Source: Takakia lepidozioides (lineage: Eukaryota > Plantae > Bryophyta). From it: a stretch of DNA of 64,000 nucleotides. The notes below the pieces were generated by a model. That model had not been told where the DNA came from and did not search any database. It saw nothing but the letters and a program-made list of their open reading frames with translations. The DNA lies in assembly GCA_030704615.1 (NCBI GenBank), contig CM060731.1, positions 86,366,001 through 86,430,000 on the forward strand, read 5' to 3'. This document shows positions 25,307 to 36,594 of this stretch, in pieces. The translations under genes and the position numbers were made by a program. The number at the start of each line of letters is the position of its first letter. The first letter of the stretch is position 1.

Positions 25307-28300
25307 GCAGAGTCCGTGGAGCTAGTGCAACACGCACACCCAGCCGATCCACGAGCACGGGTCTTCCTGCCGGTCCTAGCCCTGTGCGTTTCAAGGACGC
25401 GGCTTCCAAGGCCAAGTCTTTGCAGTTCAAAGCCCCAGAGAGCGACTCGCTTCAAAGGTCATGGAGAATCGCCAGCAGGGGTCTAGCCCTTCTCCAGCAA
25501 AGATGAAGAAGAAGCAGCCCGTCCTTCAACTTGTTTCTGAACCGGACCAGGCCGTTTCCCCCCCACCAGGCGAATGAAGCAGATTCAATTGCAGCAGACA
25601 CCTTCACCTGCAAGAATGAGGAAGCACAAGGCAATCAGGGGGAGGGCGGAGAGTCTCCGCAAAACCGATTCCACGAGCTGAAGCCCAGTTCCTGCTTGAT
25701 TTCCAACCTGCTGCAGCGAAGCCAATGGGATCGACCGTCGATCTGGTACCGGAGGAGGGTGCTGCCTCTCAACGTTCTCAGCAAGACCTGACCACAGTTG
25801 AGGAAGACCTGACCACTGAAGGCCCGGAGGAGGCCTCTGCAATTGCACAATTGTCCGCAAAGATTCCCCAGAGTGCAGCTCCAGTTGGGGATGCTCCAGC
25901 TGCTCAGCCCCTGCCGCCACCAGCAGAAATGTCTCCGGAGGAATTCCAAAGTGCAGCGGATACAATGTTGGAGGAGACACATAGTAGCATTGGCAGAGTT
26001 CTGGGCAGCAGGGTATTCCAGCGGACTCTTCGAATCCCACTCTGTCGCATGGTCTCCCTTCCCATCGTCAGGCAGGCACTTCCCGGAGATGTGGATAAGC
26101 TCAAGTTCGCATTTCGAGAAGGGTACCGTCTAGGTTCGCCAGCCTTCTACGTTTTCCTTGAGAATGAGGACGGGCAAATCTCGTGGACCCACTGCGGAGG
26201 AATTGTCAACATGGGATACCCACTGGCACACTCGCAACGACGAATTCGAGGCAACCCTGAAGGGTGATCCCGACTTCGGCCATATGTCGGGTAAAATGTT
26301 CTTTGTGGGACGGGAATCACCGACTTCGCCTGGTGGGAGTACATCAAGCAGAACCATGCCAAGCACATTGGCTGGCATTACATGGTGGAGTGTGTCATCC
26401 TCAAGGTGAAGGCGGCAGACTCCTCCCTGCTCAAGAATGCCATGGCGGACCTCAACTCGTAAGATACTCATACCCTCCCAAGCACGTTCGAAATGCGGTG
26501 CCGCATTTCGGTTTCCAATCTGTTTTGTTTCCGTGCTTCGTGGACTGAACTGGAGAGTGTGCCTTGCAGGGTCACTGAAAATGCGTACGTGCATACCCAC
26601 ATGGCACATATGCTGTACAGGGTGAGGAAAACTGGTCTCACTGATCCGCACATGTTCGCGGAAATGCTGGAGCCCGAGCTCATTCAGAAAGCCGTGGCAA
26701 AAACTGACCGGACATGGTATCGTCTCACTATGGATGGAATGGTGGAGGATATACGAAGTAAGTCGTCCTCCCATTTCCCTCTGCTCATCCTTCCCCAATT
26801 TCCGGTAATCTTTCCACATGAATCGAATGTAACGCTTCTGCATGTTTTTGTTGGCAGTCAAACATCAAGCTGGATTTGGCCCATGCCAAACGCTTCTTCA
26901 TGGAAAGTGAGGGGCAGGTCAAAACGTTGCAGTCATTGACTGAGCACTTGAAGGAAGCCGGGGTCAAGTCCAGAACGAAATACAAGTCAAAGCTTGTGAA
27001 GCTGGTGGCCATTGCAGATCCGGCACTTGGAAAGGACTTCATCCCAGATTGCAAAACACTATTCTCGGGCCATGCAGCCGACCATGCAGTTGGAGAAACT
27101 GCATCACCTCTCAACGGCATGTGTTGAAGCGAAAAGAGAAGGTGATGTTTCAATTCACTGAAGTTCCTTCCTAGCAATAGCCACTCTTCTTCCTGCTCCT
27201 GACATTGGATCGGAAATGGCAGACACGGTGGCTGTCGATCTGGAATGCATCGGAGAGTATAAGGACAATGTGGTCTTTTCCACTCGAAGTTTCCGACCCT
27301 GCAGTGGATGTGTGGCTCAACCGCATGACTTGGTGGTTCCAGGTAATTCAAGGTACTTCCCCAGAGTTGCTTTTCTGAAATGAATTCCCTGAACTGCTAC
27401 GTGACAATGCATGTGGGAATCGCAGGTAATGACGAATGCGAAGGAGCAAGTCGTAATGCATACAAATTCGTTCGGCTTGTACGTCAAATGGGATGGAACA
27501 CAGACATTGGAAGACTACGTGACACGTTTCAGATGTGCTTACAAGGACAACCTCTTCGCCAGGGAGCTACAGACAGCAAGAAGGAGCGTGGAGTTTACAC
27601 ATCAGGAGGGAGCGGGAAAGCTGCAATGCGAATTGTTTACAGGTGAAGCCCAGCTGTCCTTGTATGCAAAGCCTGGTAATGAGGTTTGTCTGGGAAATGC
27701 GGCACCGCATTCGCATTTTATGTTTTCGGTTGCACTCTGCGAGTACGTTGGTCTCAACTTTTGCTCACGCATGCTGACTGCCCTGCAGGTATATGAAATA
27801 CGTGCTTCTTCAGACAGGGGCCCTGGCTCAAGAGCCCCCGTTCTTCATGGCTTGGACCGTGGCGGGCCCAAGCTGTGTCTACACACCCGAGATGCAGAAA
27901 CAATGGCATGCCGCGCATCTGGTTGGATGCCCGTGGTACCTGGACATGTCTGGCGGAATTGTTGACGAGTCTGAGAAAGATCTGCACGCAAAAGCAGAAA
28001 AGAAGAGAAAAGAAGAGAAAAGAAGCGGACTCGCCAGCAAGGAGCAGCAGTTGTGACACCCAAGAAAACGAAGAAGCAGAAACAGATAGTGCAGGTAGAG
28101 GGTGAGGAAGAGGACTCCGATGGAGACTTTGCAACCAGCCCACCCCCCGAGAACAGCCGAAATCCCCTGTGCCCCGTTGTCACGAGAGAGGGACGAGAAC
28201 TGGCTCGGCAAAGAAGGCACTTCAACCCCCGGGGGGGCACCCTTTCGAGCCGGTGGAAATGAAGAGGCCGAAAGTGGATCCCGATACAGTAGTCCAGTGT

Positions 28301-29996
28301 GTGAATGAGAGTTTCTTGGCGGCTTTGGATGGACGGGCAGCCAAGTTGGCATACATGAAGACCATGGAGGGTCTGAAGGGCAGAGCACTGAAGAAGGCGG
28401 CTGCCGAAGAGCCTTCCGACACCCCGGGTTTCTGAGATGGTCTCGTTCTTTGAGAGGGTGTGTGCAGACAAGGATTGCAGGAGGGGCGGAAATGCCACCG
28501 ATTGGTCTTGCGATATGATCATCTTGGATATTCCGGACGGAGAGCCTGTGGAAGGACTGCAAGCTTTGCCATCTTGGAACAGGTACTCCGAGGACTTTTG
28601 GAAGAAAGGATTCGGGCTCGCCCGCATGGTGTTGGACGACAGAGGCTGTGTGGTTGTCCTGGCGAGCAGAGGCAAAAACACGCAGACAGGAATTGCGAAG
28701 TGGACCCGCAAGAGCGCCGTCCCAATTCTGAAGAAGAAGTGGACGTGCATCAACACATTGGGCCTTCGGTCGGAAGGGAAGAAGGTAATTACGACCTTGG
28801 CACTGTCCTTTCATTTTCTTAGGAGTCTTGAAATGCGGTGCCGCATTCGATTTCTAATCGTTCCCCACTGTGTATGCAGACGAAGCAGTTCGATGCATAC
28901 TGCTTTGTGAAGGAGAACTCCACCTTTGCTTTCCGGAAGGAGGGATTGTTGGTTGACCCGAACTGCGACCCCATCGATTACGACGTCCTGTTCAACAACG
29001 TTCCCACGGAACTTCTCCCTCATAGCCTCACTTCAACTGAACCCCTGCGGTATTCACGCACTCGGAGCCCTGCCTTCATTCAGACAATTATGGAGACATG
29101 CACTGACGTGGAGGGCACAGTGCTCGACCTCATCTGTGGGACAGGTATGCATAATCTTGTTGTATGCTTTTCTGCAAACTCTCGTTATGCTTTCATTCGC
29201 AACATCTGAAGGGCCATGTCATAATGTGTGGATGGCATTGTAACAGGTGCCTCAATGTGGGCTGGGCGGTTTTCCGACCGGCACCTCTTTGCCTACGAGG
29301 AGGACACAGGCGTCTGGGGATCCCATCTGGAAGGGCTGCAACGGAATGTGAAGGCTCCATCGAAGTCAAAGACTCCTCGGATTCGTCGGAGTCGGAGGAA
29401 GAGACAGTGGACATTGATGCCGAGGAGAACCCGGAATACGAGTGAGTGCAAACATTGTAAGTTTGCAAAGCCTTCTGTGTGATTTTTGTCAAACGCATTT
29501 CCGGACTGTGGTTCTCATTGGTCTCTTGGTGATTGTTATATGCAGGATTGGAGGATCCGGGTCGAAACATGTAAGGCCTACACTTCCTGCCAGGAAGAAT
29601 GTCCCGTTCTTTGCGAGGGCCGACTTCATGACGAGCCCGGTGAAGGACTACTCCCTTCCTAGTTATGCAGCTAAACTCGCAAATACAGCGATTAGACGAT
29701 GTGAGAATCCCAGTAAAGTAGAGCAGATTTTGGAGAGGGCTAGGGAGGACAGAAGGATAAGGAAAGAGTTGGCAACAGCTGAGGCAGGTAGACGGGTGCG
29801 AAAGTTCATATGTGATTCAGCGGATGAGAGCGATGCAGACAGGGAGGACGACGAGCCAACGGAGGTGAGATGGTCGGTTCCGCAAGGTGAAGATGGGATT
29901 TTCGAAAGCCTGGCCAACGACCAGTCCGCTGGAGATGAGAAAGGCAATGACGGGGTGGAGGCGGAGCAGGACAGTCAAAGAACAGGACGACAGTAG
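25307..29996 (+). CDS. MULE-2 accessory gene: ParB/Srx-like domain plus beta-class N4C/N6A DNA methyltransferase-like domain (multi-exon, several 1-2-nt frameshifts; start not determined)
   Basis: IPLCRMV...VRQAL..DVDKL...F.EGY...FYV...MFFV-WDGNHRL-AW (WDGNHR at 26306-26323); CDMIILDIPDG (DIPDG 28527-28541), FGLARMVLDDRGCVVV, RTRSPAFIQTIMETCTDVEGTVLDLICGTG|ASMWAGRFSDRHLFAYEED (intron 29145-29246); GT-AG introns also near 26459-26569, 26758-26857, 27353-27425, 27684-27788, 28784-28879 and 29442-29545. Confidence 0.75.
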
Positions 29997-30149
29997 TGAT
30001 GATTTTCAAGATTAATACAATTTTAATGAACTCTCTGTACATTTAAATTCAATTCCAGAGTATATAAAGGAATTCTCCCCGTCCTTCATGTCCCCTCTCC
30101 CATGTGCTTCTAAACGACAACATCGTCCAAACCTGGTCCCTCCCAAAAT

Positions 30150-31180
30150 CTGAAATGCGGCACCGCATTTCAATGTCTGAACGGAAATGTGGCAACTGCA
30201 AAAACCTCCTTTGGAAATGCGGCGCATTTCCAAAACCGGGGCAAGAACAAATTTCCGTTTCATGGTTTGGACATCAGAAACTGTTCGGACAAACGGAAAT
30301 GCGGTGCCGCATTTCCGTTTCCGACACGGCAGTTTTGCCGATTGCCAGCTCCTTCCATGGATGTAAATCGAAATGCGGAGGTCGAACATGGAAATGCGGT
30401 GCCGCATTTACCTTTTGGAGATGGACATTTTTCCAACTGCAGACCCATCGACGTTCTTGGGCTCCCAATTCCATGATGCTAGACGGGAATGCGGCACCGC
30501 ATTCCATTGTCCAATAAGAAATTTCGATGACGTGCATGGAAATGCGGCGCCGCATTTCCAAAAGGGACATCGTTGTTTGCCCAATTGCAGACCCTTTGAT
30601 GGAAATGCGGCACCGCATTCCATCGTCCTATAAAAACTTTCAATTGCCCAACATGGGAAATGCGGCGCCGCATTTCCAAAACAGACATCGTTGTTTGTCC
30701 AATTCCAGACCCGTGTGGGCATTCCGTCTTGATGGACGGAAATGCGGCACCGCATTCCATTGTCCGATTCGATATTTTGATGACAGACATGGAAATGCGG
30801 TCAATGCCGCATTTCAGAACTTCAATCGTTGTTTGTCCAATTCCAGACCCTTCGACGGAAATGCGGCACCGCATTCCATGTGCTCTCCGGAAATGCTGTG
30901 CCGCATTTCATTGTCCGGTACGAAATTTCGATGACGGACATGGAAATGCGGTGCCGCATTTCAAGTATGGACATGGACAAGCATTAGCGACTGGACATGC
31001 TTGGATAGTTCAAGGTCGAATATGGGTGTTGCGCGCCGCATTTCAATTCGAAGTATGGTAATGCCATGTCAGGAAATGAAATGTTGTACAACATTTCCGT
31101 TACGACGACAACGGAGGAAAGGGAGCTGCCAGAAAAAGCTTCATGGAGAAAATGGAATGCGGTGCCGAATTTCCGAGCTT
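30150..31180. repeat. Second cluster (~14 copies) of the MULE-2 22-bp palindrome
   Basis: Copies near 30152, 30295, 30390, 30486, 30538, 30601, 30656, 30738, 30857 and 30942; partly built from ~118-bp higher-order duplications. Confidence 0.92.
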
Positions 31181-31447
31181 CGGCGTGTACATTTCCTACA
31201 ACTCATACATGGATTTCTTCACCTCAGGACTGTGATATCGCTGACTCTGGTATATTCATATGGACAGACACATTGTAGAAATGAGACCTCAAATTGTAAA
31301 GAGTGGGCCAATTACGGCAGTTCTTGAACACGATGAAACACAAGCACACAGAAGTGAGGTACGATGGGTTGTTTTATTGATCGAACACGGTGTCTCACAT
31401 TTAGCAACTCCAGACAAATCTAAGCCCTTCCTCCTTCTACATGGGTG

Positions 31448-32021
31448 TCACCAAGTCGACGGAACTTCGATAGCCCTCAAAACAAGCTCATTACTGATGC
31501 GGCACCTCGAGGTAAACTGCAATGCGGTCGATCTGGTGCCCTTGGTGGAGCTGACGACAATGTCATCCATCAATCATACCACCATCATACATCGACAAGG
31601 TCACTGTGGGCCTCCTGTGCCCGTGCGATTCGTCTTCGCAACTCAACCGAATGTCTCCATACACTGGAAAAGCGGAGTGAACTCCACGAATAGTTTTCCC
31701 CGGTGCCGTCCTCCCTGGTCCACTGGCAGCAGTTCCAGCGCCAAAGTGAGGCCGTGCGTGATCTGTCCGGCATCCCATTCCACCTTGGTATATCGAGGTC
31801 AACAATTTTCAGGACCCACGGACCGCATTGACCCTCGCCCTCACCTCGCTCAAAGCGGTAATAGCCCTCCAATACTCCATTGCGCGCAAAGACTCCCGCT
31901 TGATTCCAGATGCGTCTGTGAAAAGTGAAAGCCAGACAATGATGTCTCCTGATTGTGGTTTGAACATAGCATAATCGTGGCCATGATAAGGGCAGTCAGC
32001 AGGATTTCGGCGGCACGGCAT
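31448..32021 (-). pseudogene. Unknown ~190-aa protein, paralogue of 32578-33141 (3 frameshifts)
   Basis: MPCRRNPADCPYHGHDYAMF...SGDIIVW...WNCCQWT...PVYGDIR...SMYDGGMI..DDIVV...ALQFT...ELVLRAIEVP aligns end to end with the + strand ORF. Confidence 0.8.
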
Positions 32022-32577
32022 CCCTGAAAAAGATTAGCGCAGTACGCTCAATGACAGCAGCTCCCGGATGGAGGAGGTAGCAGCGCGGTGGCTGGAAGAA
32101 ATTCAAGCAAACGCTGCAATTCCTCACAAATACTCCAGGGCACATTTAAATTTTCCCCCGACAGGAACCTGCAGGATGAAGATTGGCTCATCCATGGATG
32201 TAGCCGATTCAGTTTCCTTCCCTGCCATGCAAACTATGGGCAGTAAGTGCCAGGTGGGCCTATAGCCACTCGAGACGACGAAGCCATCCACCCCCTTCGA
32301 TGTAAATGCGGCGCCGAATTTCCATCCGGGGGATGGACTTCGGTGGCAGATTTCAAACTATACCCCGTGGATGAGAAAGAGGTATCGGTTCATCCACCGC
32401 TGGCTTGTTGAACACGTTACACGATGATTGGTGGGTACTTGTGACCCAGATGGTCCATTATTGGAGCCCGCACTGCTCTTCCGCTTCTCATCATTTCGAA
32501 AATCTAAGGGCTTCGTTGTTGTCCGCAAGGTGATTTTCATCGGCATCAAACACGTCCTCAGGTCCTCCTTTGCAAGG

Positions 32578-33141
32578 ATGTCGTGCTTCCGGAACCGGGA
32601 CGACTGCCCTTATGGAGGCATCGATTATGCAATGTATTCGGCCACATCGGGAGACATCGTTATCTGGTACACAGATTACACAGAAGATACTGGTTCGAAT
32701 GTGGAAACATTGTCCGCTTTTGAGTATCTCCCAGGCCAGTACGCCTTCGAGCAGGGTGACGATCTTGGTCTGAGGAGTTCGTGGCTCCTGCGCATCCTTG
32801 ATTCCAATTTTCCCAGCTACGACGGGCACCCATGCAGAAGAATGCGCACTGCTATGCTGTTGCGGTGGAACTGCTGCCAGTGGACGTGGGTGGACTCCAT
32901 CGGAGAGACTTATACTCCTGAAGGAGTGCGCTCATCTTCTCCATTGTATGGGGACATTCGCATTGGTGTGGACGGCGAAAACGTGAAGCTTTCCATATTC
33001 GATGGTGGTATGATTGAAGGGCAGGACATTGTGGTGAACATCAACAGGGGCGGTACAACGGCTGCAATCCAGTTTACCTGGAGGAGCCTGAAGACTCATG
33101 AGCTAGTTGTGAGAGCAGTCGAAGTCCCATTGACAACGTGA
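32578..33141 (+). CDS. Unknown 187-aa protein carried by MULE-2
   Basis: Intact single-exon ORF MSCFRNRDDCPYGGIDYAMY...WNCCQWT...PLYGDIR...ELVVRAVEVPLTT; coding status supported by protein-level conservation with the divergent paralogue. Confidence 0.8.
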   Translation: MSCFRNRDDCPYGGIDYAMYSATSGDIVIWYTDYTEDTGSNVETLSAFEYLPGQYAFEQGDDLGLRSSWLLRILDSNFPSYDGHPCRRMRTAMLLRWNCCQWTWVDSIGETYTPEGVRSSSPLYGDIRIGVDGENVKLSIFDGGMIEGQDIVVNINRGGTTAAIQFTWRSLKTHELVVRAVEVPLTT

Positions 33142-33597
33142 CTTGTATTCAGAAGGCATAGGGCTAAAGATTTGTTTGCACAATCAGCACAGTAGACGTG
33201 CTTCAAATGCAATTCATGTGGATCAATAAAAACCCCATTGTGCCCTCTTTTTGTTCTATTCTGTATCCATCGTTCCCAAAATGCGTCATTCCTCATTTCG
33301 TTTGGGATTGAGAGTGTGGGTGGATTTTGCAAGTGGCAGGTAGGCTGAAATGGGCCCCCATTGTACAGATCAGTACCACCCTACCATTCGCGAAACATTG
33401 CCTTTCAATATGTAATTCTAAAAAACATTGCCGAACCTCCTTCATCGGGAGGTCCTTCTCCCCCTATGACCGTGACACCCTAAACCCTATTCCCGCGGAC
33501 ACTCATTTCCGGAAAATAGTCCTGCTCATGTTTTTTTCGACACTTACGACTCTGCTCATGGCTCATGGCTCATGAAATAGCAGCCCCCCGATGGCAA

Positions 33598-34264
33598 AGT
33601 CTGGGCCTGATTTGGGAAGGTCTACTCCGGAAAGGTCTCCTGGAAGATCTGCTCTTGCCCACTAATATTGGCAGACCGCCGTAGCAATGTCTCTGCTGGT
33701 AAGGTCTGCCCCTGCAATGTCTCCAGAGCGAACGTCTGCTTTGGAAAGAACTGCTGGCAAGGTCTGTGGCACCAAGCTTATGCCACCCAAACGAGTCTGT
33801 CGAAGTCTGCCCAACGATTGCAGGAAAATGGCTTCGAACATGGGATCTCCTACCATGTCTGGAACGCGGGGAGTATTGAGAATCCAGTCGGGGGTCTGTT
33901 GCTCTTTGTTCTCCACTGACACGGTTTGCTGGTTCGCATCTCGGTACTTCGCGTTTTCCTTTGACGGGTCTGCTCGGTCCATGGTCTGTTAGCTAACCTC
34001 CTGGTGGGTCTCCATGATGTTTGTTTTGTGTGATGGGTCTGCTGTTGCATGCACTCCAATGAGTGAGTCGACGCCAGAATGGCCACGGAGGGCCCTTAAA
34101 AGCTGCCTCACGCCATTAGCATATGAGTCAAGGGCCTTGCGAACAACCTCGTTGTACTCTGCAGCAAAGACAACAACATTGTCAGCCACATACCACTCAT
34201 CCACATAGGGGTCTGCTGCTTCAAACAAGGTCTGTTGGTCTGCTACTTTGAACAAGGTCTGCAA
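33598..34264 (-). pseudogene. 5' part of the host Ulp1-like gene, separated from the rest by MULE-2
   Basis: Continues the GGTCT/AGACC-rich QT-repeat coding style across the TSD; ORFs 33662-33982 and 33989-34264. Confidence 0.65.
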
Positions 34265-34422
34265 GTCTGTTGGTCTGCAAGTCTGACAGAAGGTTAGTTG
34301 GTCTGATATACCGTGATCAATGACTGGGCAAAAGTATGCTACAGTGGCTCACTTTGCAAAAAATTTGTCCAGTCTGAACTAGCCTACTTTCATTTATATC
34401 TTTTTTCATAGGAACTTTAAAT

Positions 34423-35398
34423 GAGGTTTACTATTTCATGAGCAGAAACCATGAGCCATGAGCCATGAGCCGCATGAGCCGCATGAGCAGTGAGCCGAAG
34501 TCTAAGACACGCGGATTTCATGAGCGGACTCCTCCAAATTTGGAAATGTGGCAGATTAGACAAGTATTAAAATAATAGTTTTTAATTTGACCTTGCCGTT
34601 TTTGGAAGTTCCACATCCTGTAATGCAGCGAAGATATGTCGTCAGTAACAAGTCCGCTCATGGTTTTTTAGATCCGCTCATGGAAATGATTGACCGTGCA
34701 ACGAGAAATCCAGTATACCACTGCAAAAGGACGTCGCATACTGGCCTGTATAGAGTATTCCGCGGTTTTACATGCCTTAACATTGGAATGAAGCTGACCC
34801 TTCTGCCGCAATTGAACCAATAGAGTCTGCACCAATAGAGTCTACAGTACTTCACAATTCTGTCATTTTCGGGTATTCGGCGGGAAAGATTTGCGACTCA
34901 ACTGGGAAATGCGGTGCCGTATTAGGGCTCGCACGTGCGAAATTTCTGGGCAGTTTGGTGTTGGCGACGGTCGGCTCCCTGAAGGCTGGGTGCGACTATC
35001 TTGCTATGACGAAGGCCGCATCTACCAGTACCTACGACGTTACTTGGAAATGTGGCGCCGCATTTCCTTGCCGGGGTTCGAATGAGGAAAGCAAAGTTTG
35101 GGAGAGCAAAAAAACAGAAACCCTCCAACAAACAAAAATACAAGCACGTAGAAACAGAAGTGAATGACATAGTATTATCTTAGTTCGAGCAAAACAGGTT
35201 ACTGGTAGGCAAGACATAAGTCCGACCTTTCTGTGGCCAGACTCAGAGGTACTTGCAGCAGTACAGTTCTACTACAACTGAAACTCCGAAAAAGGATGGG
35301 CGTACCATGGTTGGGGACCGCAAGCCAAGCTCACTAGTCCCCTGGATCCATATTCAGAAGAGTGTGCACCTCTTGGGGGCTCAACCCTGGTGCATGTA
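34423..35398 (-). mobile_element. Terminal ~1-kb fragment of another MULE-2 family copy
   Basis: Starts GAGGTTTACTATTTCATGAGCAGAAACC and is near-identical to 19276-20163; cut off by gypsy-like sequence. Confidence 0.9.
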
Positions 35399-36594
35399 AG
35401 GGAACCATCACTTATGGGGTCGAACCCAATAGTGTGACAGTGTCATTCCTCTTATCTGTATCCAAGGTCTTAACTGATGAAGATGAATTCAGTGCAATAG
35501 GATTAGATGAGGAGTCGGAAGATTTGAGTGAGGAAGATCTTTGTACTGAAGAAGAACCTTAAATGCAAATCAACAGAGTGATAACTACGCCTTGGGTACC
35601 TAAAAGACCCAAGATAATTGATGAGGGGAAGAACTTGTTGGGGGATGTGGTCAAGTCATTAGGCCTAGGGTTCTATGAGTGTAACTCTGATTCCGATTGT
35701 CTTGAGTGGTTATATGGTAGGGAAGAAACCGTGAATATGGTTCATGTGGAAAGAAATACCATTACAGGTATGGAACTACCATCTTCAGGAAGAGGGGTTT
35801 TGGTAGAGCTGTTCATGATAACCTCTGACAAAGTTGGCCAAGAGGATAGCATGTCCCCTCAGGAAGAAAACCATGAGATTTTTTTTATCTCGAACTCATC
35901 GATGAAGACGAATTAGTATAGGACGTGTTGAGACATAGTGCTCCGTCCATTCCCTACCTACAACGGACGAATACTCCTGCATTGGCGGATCAAATCATAG
36001 GGTCAGAATTCACTTCTGAACCGAAGACCCAGATGATAGACATGTCTGTAGGAAATGAACCTCCAAGAATGGTAAAGCTAGAACCTCAGTTGACCGCAAC
36101 AGATGTTTTCTTCATCTTGATGGTATTCACAATGTTCTTGTCAGGCATGGCAGTGATGCCTCAAAAATTTGCCATTTGTTTCACACTTGGCTGCATCTTC
36201 ATCATGGGAACCTTCTTTGTACTAAAAGGGCCCAAAACTCAATTTCTACACATGAGTTCTAAAGAGAAATGGCCGTTTATGGTAGGGATTTTTTGGGAGC
36301 ATGGCAGCCACAATCTATGTGTCCATGGTTCTCCATCAATTCTCTATAATTTTTGTAGTCATTCCTTTCCGCTTTGATAAGAGGAGAAAGAAACGTACTT
36401 TCAAGGAAGGAGATTTGGTAATGGTGTTTGACAGCAAGAACGAAAACTTCAAAGCAAAATTCGACTCTTTGTGGATGGGTCCGTATGTGGTACATGAAGT
36501 CTTCGACAATGGTTCTTTGCAGCTGGAGACCTTGAGGGGGGAGTGGTTTCCAAAAAGAGTAAATGGAATACGTGGCAAGCATTATAATGTGTGA
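35399..36594 (+). mobile_element. Ty3/gypsy LTR-retrotransposon internal remnant
   Basis: 36371-36594: RTFKEGDLVMVF...KFDSLWMGPYVVHEVFDNGSLQLETL.G....RVNG.R.KHY (integrase C-terminal GPY/F module); EPKTQMIDMSVGNEPPRMVKL resembles the pre-RT linker; LTRs not identified. Confidence 0.7.
36102..36370 (+). pseudogene. SFT2: Intronless fragment of a Got1/Sft2-family vesicle transport protein
   Basis: VFFILMVFTMFL...MPQKFAICFTLGCIFIMGTFFVLKGPKTQFLHMSSKEKWPF...MAATIYVSMVLH matches plant SFT2 as I recall it; one frameshift. Confidence 0.8.

Larger units (their letters stand above)
19276..33588 (-). mobile_element. Mutator-like DNA transposon MULE-2, apparently full length (14313 bp)
   Basis: Ends GAGGTTTACTATTTCATGAGC... 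and ...GCTCATGAAATAGCAGCCCCC; 9-bp TSD CGATGGCAA (19267-19275 and 33589-33597); the host GGTCT-rich Ulp1 exon resumes after it. Confidence 0.95.

Noticed and set aside
28500-29320. Calling this an active 6mA/4mC methyltransferase
   Set aside because: The catalytic motif is DIPD rather than DPPY/SPPY; activity cannot be inferred from sequence
25307-29996. Bacterial contamination or a prophage ParB-MTase
   Set aside because: The gene has spliceosomal introns shared between paralogues and lies within TSD-bounded plant transposons
31260-31928. 222-aa plus-strand ORF
   Set aside because: Antisense shadow of the minus-strand paralogue at 31448-32021
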